The position numbers and the translations under genes are program-made. Below the pieces are notes generated by a model that was given only the letters and a program-made list of their open reading frames with translations, was not told the origin of the DNA and searched no databases. Below, one piece after another: positions 31,084-41,500 of a DNA stretch of 64,000 nt; position 1 is the first letter of the stretch; each line of letters opens with the position of its first letter. The stretch is from Candidatus Freyarchaeum deiterrae (GTDB taxonomy: Archaea; Asgardarchaeota; Jordiarchaeia; Jordiarchaeales; Jordiarchaeaceae): NCBI GenBank assembly GCA_037305845.1, contig CP147778.1, positions 3,072,001-3,136,000 on the forward strand, written 5' to 3'.

Positions 31084-32169
31084 TTAAGCTAATTCCCAGT
31101 GTTCTTGATTTTTAAAAATTTTCACTCTTTTCAGTCTTTTCAGTTCCTTTAAATAGTTCCGGTTCGTCATCAGTTCAGAGGCTTCTGCAACCAGCACCGA
31201 ATCTTTGGTGTTATCATCAATTAAATCAATAAAATTACTCAAAAACTCCTTTAAGGTTTCCGAGGTGATTTCGTCGAGAGTCATTTTTTCTTTTTGAGCA
31301 AGTACTGCTAGGATTTTTTCTTGTTTAATCTCAAATCCATCACAAAAACTTTTGAGACTAGCTTCTAAATCAGAAAATACTGGATTCCAGTGCCCGGGAA
31401 AGAGGTATTTGATTTTATGGTTGCGAACAATTCTAATTAATTTGTTAATGGATTTCTTGTAATCATTAATATTTGCGTAATTACCAGACACAACTGGAGT
31501 CCGCCTATTAAAATCAACATCTGCACTAAAAATTATTGAATGATTCGGATAAAACAACGCACAGTGACCTGGCGTATGCCCTGGTATATGAATTACCTTG
31601 AGGTCGCCGGGTAAGGAATCGTTATCGTTAAATTCGTGGTCAGATTTTATGCTGTAAATGTTCCAATTGTCAAAAACACTCTTGATAGTCGGGTTTAAAT
31701 CCAAATCTCGGGAGTCCTCGTTTTTCTCCCGATTTGAAAAATATTCAAGGATCCGATAAAAATCCTTGAACTTTATGCGTGATTTAAAGAATGACATATC
31801 AAACAAGGAATTAATGTTTTTACTCACGTCCTCCAAGAATTCACTATCTGAATGGTGAATATAAACTTCGGATTGTGCCTTTTCTTTCAAATAATTGACC
31901 AATACATAGTGATCGGAATGTGAATGCGTCAGGATAATACTTTTGATGTCTTTAATTTCAACCCTTATCTCTTTTAGAGTTTGTATTAAATTATCTCGGG
32001 AGCAGCCTGGATCAATTATGACTGCTTTATTATTATTTTTAATTAGATAACAGTTGCAAGAGTTAAAATTTACAGAAGTCTTATCTTGAAATACCATATA
32101 CGCGTTATAACCTATTTTATAGAAAGGCTTGTTCTTCTTAATCTCCCGGAATTCGTTTTCCAGTTGCAT
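31084..32169 (-). CDS. MBL-fold metallo-hydrolase with C-terminal winged helix
   Basis: IIDPG, THSHSDH, PGHTPGH, FSAD, FPGH. Confidence 0.9.
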   Translation of the reverse strand: MQLENEFREIKKNKPFYKIGYNAYMVFQDKTSVNFNSCNCYLIKNNNKAVIIDPGCSRDNLIQTLKEIRVEIKDIKSIILTHSHSDHYVLVNYLKEKAQSEVYIHHSDSEFLEDVSKNINSLFDMSFFKSRIKFKDFYRILEYFSNREKNEDSRDLDLNPTIKSVFDNWNIYSIKSDHEFNDNDSLPGDLKVIHIPGHTPGHCALFYPNHSIIFSADVDFNRRTPVVSGNYANINDYKKSINKLIRIVRNHKIKYLFPGHWNPVFSDLEASLKSFCDGFEIKQEKILAVLAQKEKMTLDEITSETLKEFLSNFIDLIDDNTKDSVLVAEASELMTNRNYLKELKRLKRVKIFKNQEHWELA

Positions 32170-32415
32170 ATACTATCCTTCTTTTTTCCACATCTTCCTT
32201 CATATATGAACTCGGTTTAAATTCTCTAGGAAGGCGTCTACTATATTCTTCAGTTTTATTGAACCAGTTAATATAAAAACTATTTAAGAGTTTATGCTGA
32301 AAAAAGTTAAGATATATATAATAATTTAATTTGTTGTAAAGTTGCCTACCAATAATCCAAAATTCTTTAATAACAAACAACCCTAACAAAATTTATCGAT
32401 TCCGGAGGAAAACTT

Positions 32416-34302
32416 GTGAAAGAATTCGCTATAAGGTTCGAACCAGACGGCAAAAAAATCGCAGCTGATAATGGGCTAAACATACTAGATTTAGCTAAAG
32501 AAGGAGGTGTGGGAATCCGCTCTGAATGTGGCGGGAAAGGGAAATGTGGGAAATGCCGAATCAAAGTCGAGAATCAGCGTAACCTAAATGAAGTAACCGA
32601 TACAGAGAGAGAACACCTGACACTAGAAGAAATTAATCAAGGGTATCGGTTAGCCTGCATGGCCTCGATCCGTGGGAATTTGGTGGTGTTTATTCCGAGT
32701 GAGAGTCGATTGAGTGTGAGAAGAATACAGGTACATGGTATGGAACAACCTGTTAAACTAGAACCGAACGTTAAGAAAATTAATCTATTTTTGGAAAAGC
32801 CCACAATTCAAAATCCCATAGCAGATGATCTAAACATTTTTACTAATCCGGAGAAGTTATCTAATCTCCAAGATTTGGAATTTGAATATGAGCTGCTGAG
32901 AATAATTCCGGATGTTGTAAGGAAGGGGGATTGGAATGTTACAATTACCATTCTGGGTGATAGAAAAATTATTGATTTAGAGCCTTTCAATACGACTGCA
33001 CGAATTTTTGGATTCGCAATTGATATAGGCACTTCCAAGCTCGTTGGATATCAGGTAGATTTGAACAGTGGCGAAGTTGTTGGAGTTGGATCCATAGAAA
33101 ATCCCCAGATTGCTTATGGAGAAGACGTGCTTTCTCGAATATCCTATGCCGAAGAGGGATACGAGAACAAGCAGAGATTACAGAATCTGACAGCAGAGGG
33201 AATTAACAAAATAATTCAGATGGCTTGCGAAGAATCGGGAGTAGATCCAAAAGAAATTTACGAGTTGACCGTCGTGGGCAACACCGCCATGTTCAGCCTA
33301 TTTCTAGGCATCCAAACCAAGTATCTACACTTGGCACCCTATGTTCCGGGAGTGAAGTTCCCAGTCACCGTTGGAGCGAAAACACTAAACATAAATGTTA
33401 ACCCTAGAGCAAGTGTTTACGTTCTGCCTAATATTGCGGGCTACGTGGGCGCAGACGCGGTTGGCGACGTATTAGCGACCGGTATTTATGATCTGGATGA
33501 AATATGCTTGCTTGTGGATGTTGGAACCAATGGTGAAGTCTTCGTCGGCAATAAGGAGGACATTGTCAGTTGTTCCTGCGCCGCGGGACCCGCTTTCGAG
33601 GGAGTCCACATTCAGTACGGCATGAAAGCTGTAACCGGGGCAATTGAGAGAGTGCAAATAAAACCCAAAACCTTTGATGTTAAGTGCGAAACAATTGGAG
33701 GTTCAAAGCCAGTCGGTATATGCGGCTCAGGAATAATTGACATTGTAGCAGAAATGTTCAGGTGTGGAATTATTACCGAAAGAGGAAAATTCAACGACCT
33801 AGATACACCAAGAATAATTAGAGCCGAAGGAAGACCAGAATTTGTGGTAGCTTGGAAAGAAGAAACCGCCATTGGGAAAAACATTACAGTCTCTATGAAA
33901 GACGTGGAAGAAATCCAATTAGCAAAAGCCGCAATACACGCGGGCTGCGTTGTCCTAATGAAGAAGAAAGAATTGACCGACAACGAGATAGACAAGGTTT
34001 TCATAGCCGGGGCTTTTGGCAACTACATTAACCCCGAGAGCGCAAAATTCTTGGGACTCATTCCAGACATACCCACCGAAAAAATCACGTTTGCAGGAAA
34101 CACCGCCCTCGCGGGAGCCAAAATGGCCCTCGTTTCAAGGGAGGTTCGAAACATCGCACGAAGGTTGTCCAAGTGGATAAGATACGTGGAGCTAATGGCT
34201 GAGCCGGGCTTCAAAAGCGAATTCGTGAAATCAAACCTGATCCCCTACAAAAATCTGGAAGGGTATCCCTCAATAAAGAAATATTTGGAAGAAAACAGGT
34301 AA
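32416..34302 (+). CDS. Reductive activator of corrinoid proteins (RACo; [2Fe-2S] + ASKHA ATPase)
   Basis: CGGKGKCGKC...RLAC; AIDIGTS, YVGAD, DVGTNGE, AAGPAFEG, GICGSG, QLAKAA, AGAFG. Confidence 0.95.
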   Translation: MKEFAIRFEPDGKKIAADNGLNILDLAKEGGVGIRSECGGKGKCGKCRIKVENQRNLNEVTDTEREHLTLEEINQGYRLACMASIRGNLVVFIPSESRLSVRRIQVHGMEQPVKLEPNVKKINLFLEKPTIQNPIADDLNIFTNPEKLSNLQDLEFEYELLRIIPDVVRKGDWNVTITILGDRKIIDLEPFNTTARIFGFAIDIGTSKLVGYQVDLNSGEVVGVGSIENPQIAYGEDVLSRISYAEEGYENKQRLQNLTAEGINKIIQMACEESGVDPKEIYELTVVGNTAMFSLFLGIQTKYLHLAPYVPGVKFPVTVGAKTLNINVNPRASVYVLPNIAGYVGADAVGDVLATGIYDLDEICLLVDVGTNGEVFVGNKEDIVSCSCAAGPAFEGVHIQYGMKAVTGAIERVQIKPKTFDVKCETIGGSKPVGICGSGIIDIVAEMFRCGIITERGKFNDLDTPRIIRAEGRPEFVVAWKEETAIGKNITVSMKDVEEIQLAKAAIHAGCVVLMKKKELTDNEIDKVFIAGAFGNYINPESAKFLGLIPDIPTEKITFAGNTALAGAKMALVSREVRNIARRLSKWIRYVELMAEPGFKSEFVKSNLIPYKNLEGYPSIKKYLEENR

Positions 34303-34338
34303 AGAAGAAAAATTCCATTTTTTGTTTAATTCTTTCTC

Positions 34339-36048
34339 TTAAAGTTTTAAATCATAGACCTTTTTCAGAGCCTCTAACTGCTCTTTCCCGGTTTCTTTTT
34401 CGGGTTTGGGTTCACCTTCTTCTTTCTTGTGGCTCTTGGCTGGTAGTATTTCGTCTATTCGTAGCACGATTCTTGCAACATCTGTAGCTGAATTTAACGC
34501 ATGAACCTTTACCCTGAGCGTATCATAGATTCCTATTTTTTGCATATCATCGATCTGACCATCGATTGCGTTTACCCCCGCCCAGATCATTCCCTCACTG
34601 TGTTTTGCCTTTAGTTCGGTTAGAATTTGTAATGGGTCTAGTCCCGCGTTATCCGCTAGGGTTTGCGGTACTATCATGATTGCCTCTGCGTAAGCTAAAA
34701 TCGCCAACTGTTCTTTTCCCTCGAATGTCTGTGCGTATTGCCCTAAACACCTAGAGAGTTCTATTTCTGACGCTCCGCCGCCGGGTATAATTCGAGGGTC
34801 TTCTATGATGTTCCTAATGGTGTAGAGCGCGTCGTAAAGGCTTCTTTCCGCTTCTTCCAGAGCGTATTCGTTTCCTCCTCTTATAATGACGCTTGAAGCT
34901 CCCTGAGCTGGGCATCCTCTAACCATAATATAATTTTCTTTTTCGGAGGGTTTCCATTCTTCAATCACTTCTGCTTTTCCCAATTTGTCACTTGTTAAAT
35001 CTTCATTAAAAATGTCGGACACTACTGATGCCTCAGTCAACTTGGCAATCCTGTTAGTATCGGGTAGAAGAACACGCTTAACGGCCAGTATCTCCGCTCG
35101 TGCGAGATAATGTTCAACTATCTCATCTATTCCCTTATTCACAAGAGCAACATTTGCTCCAGACGAGATTAGTTTATTCACTATTTCTTTAACTATCTCT
35201 ACTCTCTTTTCTATGAAGGCTTCGTGCTCTTGAGGTGCTCTGACCTGTATCTTCATATTTTTTCCAGCAGCTTCCCACCAGCTCCCCGAAATTTCCTTCA
35301 ACTCCATACTTCTTATCAGGGCGACCTTGGCGTTTTCAACTCGCCTAGGCATATCAGGATGCACGATTTCTCTATCCTCAATAACATAACCGTCCACAAC
35401 GTAGGAGTCGCTGAGAGTACCCCCTCTCCTTTTAATCACTTTGATGTCTTCAATGTTCGTTCTCGGTTTTCCAGTAACTTCACTTACAACTCGTTCGGCT
35501 AATTCGAGAGCAATTTCGCTGAACTCATTCACAGTTTCAGGTGCACTTGTGATCTTCGTGTTTATGGCGGTCGAAGCCGACTTCCTTAAGATGTCCTTAT
35601 CACTGGGTTTTACAGGAACAGCGATTTCCTCTAATCTTTTAATTGCTCTTTTTAACGCTAAATCGTATCCTTTTAGAATGGTTGAAGGGTGAAGCCCTTG
35701 GTCCATTAGGGTTTCCGCCTTTCTGAGAAGCTCACCAGCTAAAATTACCGCGGTGGCTACTCCGTCGCCCACTATGGCATCCTGCGCCTTCGCCATCCCA
35801 ATCAAAATTCTAGCTACGGGGTGCTCTGCCTTAAGATTCTTAAGTATGGTGAATGAATCACCGGTTATCAGCACTTCTCCATCCTTTTTGAGGATTGCCT
35901 TATTCACACTATATGGTCCAATGGTTTTTCTTACAATCTGGCAAATGATACCGGCTACCATAATGTTACTCTTAAGAGACGCTAAATCTAACCCGTGTTC
36001 CAGTTTGTACACTGGCTTAAACCTTAGAGAGGTATCTTTTCCCAGCAA
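34339..36048 (-). CDS. Divergent group II chaperonin (thermosome-like) subunit
   Basis: EHPVA, VGDGVAT, KGIDE, IIRGG, ERSLYDA, PGGGASE, LADNAG, LRIDE. Confidence 0.92.
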   Translation of the reverse strand: MLGKDTSLRFKPVYKLEHGLDLASLKSNIMVAGIICQIVRKTIGPYSVNKAILKKDGEVLITGDSFTILKNLKAEHPVARILIGMAKAQDAIVGDGVATAVILAGELLRKAETLMDQGLHPSTILKGYDLALKRAIKRLEEIAVPVKPSDKDILRKSASTAINTKITSAPETVNEFSEIALELAERVVSEVTGKPRTNIEDIKVIKRRGGTLSDSYVVDGYVIEDREIVHPDMPRRVENAKVALIRSMELKEISGSWWEAAGKNMKIQVRAPQEHEAFIEKRVEIVKEIVNKLISSGANVALVNKGIDEIVEHYLARAEILAVKRVLLPDTNRIAKLTEASVVSDIFNEDLTSDKLGKAEVIEEWKPSEKENYIMVRGCPAQGASSVIIRGGNEYALEEAERSLYDALYTIRNIIEDPRIIPGGGASEIELSRCLGQYAQTFEGKEQLAILAYAEAIMIVPQTLADNAGLDPLQILTELKAKHSEGMIWAGVNAIDGQIDDMQKIGIYDTLRVKVHALNSATDVARIVLRIDEILPAKSHKKEEGEPKPEKETGKEQLEALKKVYDLKL

Positions 36049-36166
36049 AGGCTCTCACTTTCCTAATTTCTAACTAAATATAAGATATAGAGGACACTAA
36101 ACTTATGCTATTCTCTCGCCTGCTTCAGTGCCCACTGATTGATTGTAGACCTTGTTAAATGTTAGT

Positions 36167-36505
36167 TCATGTCCAACTCACAACTTTCTGGTATTTTTCC
36201 ATTGTGAGGTCGACCCATCCTCCGTAATCTACCAGCTGCACGCCCTTTATCATTCTTTCCTCAGGAATTCCTCTAGCTTCAGCGTCCGGTTTCAAGACGT
36301 ATACATTAACGCCTACGTCGAGTGCGTTTTTCAAAAGTTCCGCTACTAGTCCCTTCTCTTCCCTGATTGCACTAAGTACTGCATCCTGGATCAACATCAA
36401 ACCCACTTCTTCGTCCATTTTCCTCAAATTTAAGGACGCTTCAAACGCGTACGTGTCATCCTTTGTGAAATAAGGCGACTTGGATACTAGTATCAATGTT
36501 GCCAT
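36167..36505 (-). CDS. dsrH: DsrH/TusB family sulfur-relay protein
   Basis: SKSPY, LIQDAV, YVLKPDAEARG, VDY..WVDL......VSW. Confidence 0.85.
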   Translation of the reverse strand: MATLILVSKSPYFTKDDTYAFEASLNLRKMDEEVGLMLIQDAVLSAIREEKGLVAELLKNALDVGVNVYVLKPDAEARGIPEERMIKGVQLVDYGGWVDLTMEKYQKVVSWT

Positions 36506-36521
36506 CTTTAATCATCTCCTT

Positions 36522-36881
36522 CTAGAAAGCCATTGCTATATCATTTTCAGCAATGATTTTAGCTACATCCCCCTGAACTATGCTTTCAATGGAAAGACCT
36601 GGGATTAAATCGTTCATGGTGAGACCTCTCTCATAAAGCGATTCTTCAACCACATAGAGTTTGGACTCAAAATTCTGTAACATTTTAAGAAACCGGTCAA
36701 TGGCTGAGTATCCAATAGCTTTTGGAAACTGATTCTTCATCGGACAGTAAACACCATCATCAATGAAAAGAAGAGTTACCGGAATTGTGAGAGCCCCAGC
36801 CGCGGCCGCTAATCGCACAGCTTCCACAACATGTATCCAGCCGAACGGAGGCTTCCTAATTATAAGCAGCAACTTCATCAC
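36522..36881 (-). CDS. dsrF: DsrF/TusC family sulfur-relay protein
   Basis: RKPPFG, EAVR, LFIDDGVY, YVVEESLYERG. Confidence 0.82.
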   Translation of the reverse strand: MMKLLLIIRKPPFGWIHVVEAVRLAAAAGALTIPVTLLFIDDGVYCPMKNQFPKAIGYSAIDRFLKMLQNFESKLYVVEESLYERGLTMNDLIPGLSIESIVQGDVAKIIAENDIAMAF

Positions 36882-36898
36882 ATCATCTCCCTATCTAC

Positions 36899-37255
36899 CT
36901 ATATTGTAATAGCGAAAAATCGGTCCGCGTCCCTTATGATTTCTAGAACTGTGGTTGTGCTCTCCATGGTAGCGCCAGGGATGAAGTCTGTCTCGGGTTT
37001 TAAGCCACGAGCGGTGCAACAAGGGAAGCAGTTAACGAACTTCACTCCCTTCTCGCTCAGTTCCTTAAACCTGCCCACGGGGGAAGGCATATCCTCCACG
37101 ATCAAAAATTTTGCAGCATTATAAACGCCGTCTCCCATACCAATAACTGTTACCTCATGTCTCTTCTCAAGAGCCGCGTTTATGAACTCAATCGCGGTGT
37201 CCGAATTCTCAAACTGTAGAGGAGTAGTAAACAGTAAAATCGCTACTTTACCCAT
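36899..37255 (-). CDS. dsrE: DsrE/TusD family sulfur-relay protein
   Basis: TTP, GDGVYNA, NCFPCCTARG (persulfide Cys position retained); start at MGKVA. Confidence 0.82.
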   Translation of the reverse strand: MGKVAILLFTTPLQFENSDTAIEFINAALEKRHEVTVIGMGDGVYNAAKFLIVEDMPSPVGRFKELSEKGVKFVNCFPCCTARGLKPETDFIPGATMESTTTVLEIIRDADRFFAITI

Positions 37256-37304
37256 AAAATCACTACGCAAACTTCTTAGACTAACATGGTCTGCTTATCT
37301 ATAC

Positions 37305-38246
37305 CTAGAATATTTTGTTTAAAGGATGTGAGGGCTCCTGCCTTACCCGATATTTTCTTCTGTTATAATATCCTACAAGACCGTTGACCATAGCACAGGC
37401 AGGGAAAACCGATTCCGCCTCCTCAATGGGACCGTATAAGGCGAAGTCAGCACCCATCATTGCCGTTACCAGCACTGAGCCGGATATGCACGACTTGTAC
37501 GAAACGGGTGGAAACTCTTTCTTAATCTTTTTCCAAGCGGTAATGGCGTTCGCGGGGCCGCATCCTGAAGGAAGCCCGAACTCATTTTTCACAGAGTATA
37601 TGGTCTGCGCTGCGAAGGATATACTAACCACATCGAGCACCGCGGTGTCCACGAGCATGTTTTGGATTCCCGCTTCCTGCGCCTTTTGGATTAATCCCTT
37701 CTCACCACCAGTACCCTTTAACAATTCTATTCTGCCTTCCGGCATCAAAGCCTTGGGACTGAACACGAGTAGCATGCTGGATTTTACACCGAGTTCTCGA
37801 AGAGTGTTAAGTTCACTCTCTTTGGAGTGCACATCTATCGAATTGTAGATAGCCCGCTCAGCTAATCCCGCTTCAACAGCGTACTTAATAGCCGCCAATC
37901 GAGCCTCTGGGAGAGTGCTGTCCACGAGAAAGGGAGCCTTTGTTAATTGAGCCACAAAATCAATTTGTTTTTCGAGAGCCTCAGCAGTATCTCCCACAAT
38001 ATCCAATATGCCGGGGTTCCCAGTTTTATCGGACATCTCATCCTGCTTGTTGATTAGCTCCTCCGCCTTTTTCTTATCGAATATTCCCTTTTGACGGTCA
38101 GAAACAATCTTGTGTTTATCATAAAAAATGCTTCCAATCAGTACTGTGGGATAAGCACCCGGTTGGCCACCGATTTTTACACCATTAATGTCCCAAACCT
38201 TTTGTTCCTTTTCAAAAGCAAACACATCGCATACCTCACTTTTCAA
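37305..38246 (-). CDS. mtrH: MtrH-like methylcorrinoid:tetrahydro(methano)pterin methyltransferase (MT2; MtoA/MtgA type)
   Basis: FEKEQKV..I.GVKIGGQPG.YPTVLIGSIFYDKH, IYNSI, FGLPSGCG, YGPIE; no other mtr genes nearby. Confidence 0.9.
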   Translation of the reverse strand: MKSEVCDVFAFEKEQKVWDINGVKIGGQPGAYPTVLIGSIFYDKHKIVSDRQKGIFDKKKAEELINKQDEMSDKTGNPGILDIVGDTAEALEKQIDFVAQLTKAPFLVDSTLPEARLAAIKYAVEAGLAERAIYNSIDVHSKESELNTLRELGVKSSMLLVFSPKALMPEGRIELLKGTGGEKGLIQKAQEAGIQNMLVDTAVLDVVSISFAAQTIYSVKNEFGLPSGCGPANAITAWKKIKKEFPPVSYKSCISGSVLVTAMMGADFALYGPIEEAESVFPACAMVNGLVGYYNRRKYRVRQEPSHPLNKIF

Positions 38247-38520
38247 AATTCACAGTCGTGCACCAGTTTATCAGAGTAAGTTAATTGTTCTTCCATCCGA
38301 CCTCTAATCTCGTTTGTTAATCCACGTTTTTTGTGTTTGTGTGATTCTAAATCGTATAGAGTAGTATACCATGAACTTGTTGTTATTTTAGCTTATTAAT
38401 TTTTATTACGCTACTGCGAAAATCTCAACTACTGAATATGAGAACAGTGCAAAACTTCTAGGCAATCCATAAAATATAATGAAAGGGTCGACAAAAAATT
38501 AATCTGTATGGAAACTTAGT

Positions 38521-41500
38521 ATGCCTCAACTGAAAATCTACAAATTTTTCACAAGCAGTAAGAAGAATTTTTATTTAAAGGGACTCGAATTGTCTGGAGA
38601 CAACTATTCCTATAATTCTTCAGGGGACTTGTCTTCTCTTCGGGAGACTATCGCCGCAGTCAAAACCTTAGCGGATTTCATAAAGAGTTCCTTTGGTCCC
38701 ACTGGCATGAATAAACTTATTGTTGATGAAAAAGGAGACGTTACGATAACAAGGGACGGTTTTACTATTTTAGATAAAGTGGGAGGAGGTCATCCTGCGG
38801 TCAGGGTCCTTAAGGACGCCGCCGAGACACAAGACTTGGAGGTTGGGGATGGAACAAAGACAACGGTGATACTAGCCAGCGAGCTTTTGAGCAGGGCTGA
38901 ACAACTGCTCGATAAAGGAATTCATCCCACGACCCTAATACGAGGATACTCAAGAGCCTTTAAAGAAGTATTGAAAATTCTTGAAGAGATTGCCATTCCT
39001 ACTGATTCAACCAACAGGGAGATACTGAAAAAAGTAGCAGTCAATGCTATGACGGGTAAGCTTAACTTAGAGGAGTGCGAATTTCTTTCGCAAATGGTTG
39101 TGGATGCCGTCTTACACGTCTCAAAAAATATTGGTGAAAAGCGTTTCGTTGATGTTCAAAAAATCGTAATTGAAAAGAAACTGGGGGGCGTAGTTGCAGA
39201 CAGCGAGTTGGTTAAGGGCGTGTTATTAAGCAAAGAAGCCTCCCATAATGAAATGCCGAAAAGTGTTGAAAACGCAAGAATAGCTCTCCTTAAATGTCCT
39301 CTGGAAATTGAAAAAACCGAATTCGATACCAAAATTCTAATAGAGAATCCAGAGAGAATAAAAGATTTTTTGGAAGAAGAAGAATCAGTAATAAAACAAA
39401 TGGTTGGAAAACTATCAGAACTGGGTGTGAACGTTGTCTTCTCCGAAAAAGGAATCGACGACCTAGCCCAATATCTTTTGGCTAGTAGGGGAATTCTCGG
39501 TGCTGAGTGGGTGGGAAATGCTAACATCAAAAACGTGGCTTCAGCAACAGGCGGCAAACTCGTAGCGGATATTAACGACCTTAAATCCGACGATCTGGGA
39601 TACGCGGGTTTTGTCCGAGAAAAAGAATTCGGAGAAGAAAGAATAATACTCGTTGAACAGTGTGAAAACCCATTCACCGTGACCATTCTTCTGAGGGGAG
39701 GAGCCCAAAGCATTCTGGACGAGTTGGAAAGAGCAGTTCATGACGCAGTTTGTGCAGCAAAAGACGTGGTCGAGAACCCCCTGATACTAGTGGGAGGGGG
39801 AGCCTCAGAAACCGAAATCTCAAAAAGGATCAGAGCCGCTGCCCAAGGAAATGGAAAAGAGCAATTGGCGTACACGGCCTTCGCAGAAGCTCTGGAAGCG
39901 TTAACCTTTTTGCTCGCCAAAAATTTGGGTCTTGACGCGTTGAACAAGGTTGCTGAGCTGACAAGGAGACATAGTTCGGGAGAAATCTACGCCGGAATAG
40001 ATGCGATTGATGGGGAAATCAAAGATCTAATGAATCTTGGAATCTACGAACCTTTCCTCGTAAAAACCCAAGCCATGAAATCCGCTTACGAGGCAGCAAC
40101 AATGATTCTCAGAATAGACGATATATTTACAGCCGAAGAACTTGAAAAAGAATCGGAAACACTGGACTATATGCGTCCTCTAAAGGGGGTCAAAACGCGG
40201 GAAAAAGTTTTCGAAACCACCCTCAACAATATATCAGCTTTTAGTGTCATCGCCGACGCAGTAAAACCCTGCTTTGGTCCCCGAGGAAGAAGCAAACTGC
40301 TCATAGACAATATAGGAGGCCTAAAATATACCGGTGACGGGGCAACTATTCTGGGATTCATGTACATTAAGCACCCCGCAGCAAAAATGTTAGTCGACCT
40401 CACAGAAGCCCAGAGCAAATACATCGGTGATGGGACAAAAGCCAGCGTCATCCTAGCAGGCGAGTTGCTGAAGAATGCTGAGGAACTATTAAGCCAGAAA
40501 GTACACCCCACTGTGATTATAAACGGTTACAAAAAAGCTACACAAAAGGCTCTGGAACTTTTGAAGAATATGGCACTACCAATAAATCACGAGGATTCTG
40601 GAACTCTAAAAAAAGTCGCCCTAACAACTATAAGCGGGAAAATCACTGATGGAAAAGAGCTATTCGCTGAAATGGCTGTTAAAGCTATAAACAGTGTAGT
40701 AGAAGCAAAGAAAGTTCCCAATATTGATATTAGAAAAATCAAGATTTTGAAGGAACAGGGGAAAAGTCTTGGTGAAAGTGAACTCTTCGCGGGAGTTATT
40801 CTGGAAAGAGAGGTCATCAGTCCCAAGATGCCCAAAAGAGTTGATCAAGCCAGAATCGCATTACTTGATTGTTGGTTGAGGGTCTCCCAACAGAATTTTA
40901 GAAGAGATCTGGAGATTCGTATCCAAAGCTCCGATGAGTATAAAGTTCATTTAGACACTCTAAAAGAATTAGCAAGGGACATGGTAAAGAAAATAGAGAG
41001 TACGGGAGCCAATGTTGTCTTGTGTACAAAAGCGGTAGATGACTTAACAGCACATTTTCTCGCAGAATCTGGGATTTTAACTGTTGCTCAGCTGACAAGT
41101 ATAGATCTCAAAATAATATCTGAGGCAGCCGGTGGGAAAATCGTAACCGACCTAAATGATTTGAGAAGAGAGTATCTTGGAATGGCGGAAACTGTAGAGG
41201 AAAGAAAAATCGGTGGGAAGGAGCTTGTTTTCGTTAACTGTTCTGGATTAAGATGCGCCAGTGTTGTTATCAGGGGGGGCGCCGAGGACATATTGGGCGA
41301 AGCGGAGAGAGTATTCCGTAACGTGTTAAAAGTTTTAAAAGTTGTAATTATGGAAGGTAAAGTGGTCGCGGGGGGCGGCTCAGTGGAAGTAGAACTCGCC
41401 AAAGAGGTAAAAAGACACGCAAAGAACTTTTCTAAAAGAGAGCAACTAGCCGTGGAGAAATACGCAAAGGCCCTTGAATCTATACCCAAAACCTTGGCTG

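Noticed and set aside
37305-38246. mtrH as evidence of methanogenesis or an Mtr complex
   Set aside because: No mtrA-G or mcr genes in the window; stand-alone MtrH homologs act as soluble MT2 enzymes
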